From contig CAZKCI010000117.1 in the NCBI GenBank assembly GCA_964551475.1, positions 471-64,470 on the forward strand: 64,000 nucleotides of DNA. Reading direction: 5' to 3'. The notes beneath the pieces were generated by a model. That model ran no database searches and had not been told where the DNA came from. It saw nothing but the letters and a program-made list of their open reading frames with translations. The position numbers and the translations under genes are program-made. Shown one piece after another: positions 63,189 through 64,000 of the stretch (position 1 is its first letter; each line of letters opens with the position of its first letter). The DNA is from an uncultured bacterium. GTDB lineage: Bacteria; Auribacterota; Erginobacteria; Erginobacterales; CAZKCI01.

Positions 63189-64000
63189 ATGGCTCTCATA
63201 AACGACATTCTTCAACGAGGCTACTTTCCAAAAGAATTGCCTCCCCCATTCACAACCGCAAATTATGCACAATCTTTTGTAAGCCTAGCTTCCCCGATGA
63301 CCAAAGAATCCTTATGCCTTCGATATTCATATTCCAAGTATGCGTGTATCCGACGAGGGCTAGCTATTCCGAATCCTGCCCAAATGGTTGCGCTCGCAAA
63401 AGCTGTATCAGACAACTGGGAAGCAATCATTAGGCATTGCAATAAATCGGTGCTTTCGCAGACCGTACCTAGGCTGGACGCTGAGAGATCTATAACCGGA
63501 ACGCATGACTTGAACGAAATCCCTGCTATCCGGGCCAAGATTCGTATCGGAGCGAAATATATTCTAAAAGCCGACGTAGCGAATTTCTATGGGAGCATCT
63601 ATACCCATGCTATCCCATGGGCGTTTCATTCAAAACCAATCGCCAAGAGAGATCGGAGTGTCAGTAAGTCAAGAACCGGTGGTCAGGCTCTTTTTGGGAA
63701 TTTGCTCGATCAAGCGTCCCGAGATATACAATCCGGGCAAACGATTGGAGTCCCTATTGGGCCCGATACGTCGTTCGCAATTGCGGAGTCTGTGCTTTGC
63801 GCAGTGGATTCACACTTTACAAGGAAAATCGGTGCTCCAATCACTGGCTTCCGCTTTATTGACGATTACGAATTTGCCTGTGATAGATTATCGAAGGCCG
63901 AATCTATAAGGGCGATATTGCAAGACGCTTTGATGGAATTTGAACTTCAGCTAAACTCGAGAAAGACCCGCATCATCGAATTGCCGGACGTATTGGATAC
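63189..64000 (+). CDS. Reverse transcriptase, UG/Abi-like (defence-associated type), 3'-truncated by the window end
   Basis: Not in the supplied track because it has no stop in the window. My translation is MALINDILQRGYFPKELPPPF...KADVANFYGSIYTHAIPWA...GQTIGVPIGPDTSFAIAESVL...TGFRFIDDYEFAC...LQLNSRKTRII. That gives RT motifs 1-2 (D..NFY.SI), 4 (G.P.G...S..(A/L)E), 5 (F/Y-x-DD) and 6-7. Confidence 0.8.
   Translation, partial: MALINDILQRGYFPKELPPPFTTANYAQSFVSLASPMTKESLCLRYSYSKYACIRRGLAIPNPAQMVALAKAVSDNWEAIIRHCNKSVLSQTVPRLDAERSITGTHDLNEIPAIRAKIRIGAKYILKADVANFYGSIYTHAIPWAFHSKPIAKRDRSVSKSRTGGQALFGNLLDQASRDIQSGQTIGVPIGPDTSFAIAESVLCAVDSHFTRKIGAPITGFRFIDDYEFACDRLSKAESIRAILQDALMEFELQLNSRKTRIIELPDVLD

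Noticed and set aside
63189-64000. A group II intron, retron or DGR identity for the reverse transcriptase
   Set aside because: No intron domain V/VI-like RNA or maturase motifs are visible. There is no YADD...VTG retron signature and no a1/a2-flanked msr-msd. There is no template or variable repeat pair. However, the gene is truncated, so this rejection is provisional.

Overview
The window is a very GC-rich bacterial chromosomal segment. It probably comes from an uncultivated PVC-like or candidate-phylum organism, but that taxonomy is inference only. All calls come from reading the six-frame translations and the DNA by eye; no searches were run.

Layout:
- 1-4.6 kb: a T2SS/T4P-like pseudopilus operon (GspJ-, GspK-, PilM/N- and GspM-like genes).
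- 4.9-10.7 kb: one ~1.9-kaa secreted multidomain protein.
- 11-19 kb: hypothetical genes, envelope-glycan genes (GT9, GT2, UDPGP family) and an NYN/OST-HTH protein.
- 19-59 kb: a series of large secreted proteins. These are two papain-like C1 proteases, an FG-GAP double propeller, an SBBP-repeat protein, a metallophosphoesterase, a Gloeo_Verruco-repeat protein, a beta-helix protein and a clan GH-A glycosidase. Six of them carry the same six-repeat FG-GAP-like C-terminal module, and five of the six end in ...TR.
- One tRNA-Met(CAT).

Intergenic DNA is saturated with short-period (7-9 bp) tandem arrays and several REP/MITE-like hairpin families. Some copies flank single genes as direct repeats.

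Visibly AT-richer accessory patches:
- 29.4-37.4 kb: three ORF6N-family paralogs with a conserved same-frame stop / SD / TTG restart inside a covarying hairpin; a degraded DUF4062 gene flanked by 294-bp direct repeats; a Nudix gene.
- 37.4-41.6 kb: coiled-coil and membrane proteins plus a TM0106 RecB-like nuclease, bounded by identical REP hairpins.
- 42.0-44.3 kb: a vapBC + ADP-ribosylglycohydrolase + degenerate LigD-PE-like operon.
- 52.3-64.0 kb, the most interesting region: a cassette array in which a ~190-bp module (hairpin, promoter, structured ~95-nt leader, terminator hairpin) recurs three times in full and once in part. Each copy sits in front of a different defence-like cassette: a RelA/SpoT toxSAS-like gene, a PLD/HKD protein, a TM-GAF pair, and a 387-aa protein plus a UG/Abi-type reverse transcriptase that runs off the window.

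This array is bracketed by a ~417-bp diverged duplication that includes a pseudogenised 5' fragment of the flanking metallophosphoesterase gene. No integrase, transposase, CRISPR array or rRNA was seen.
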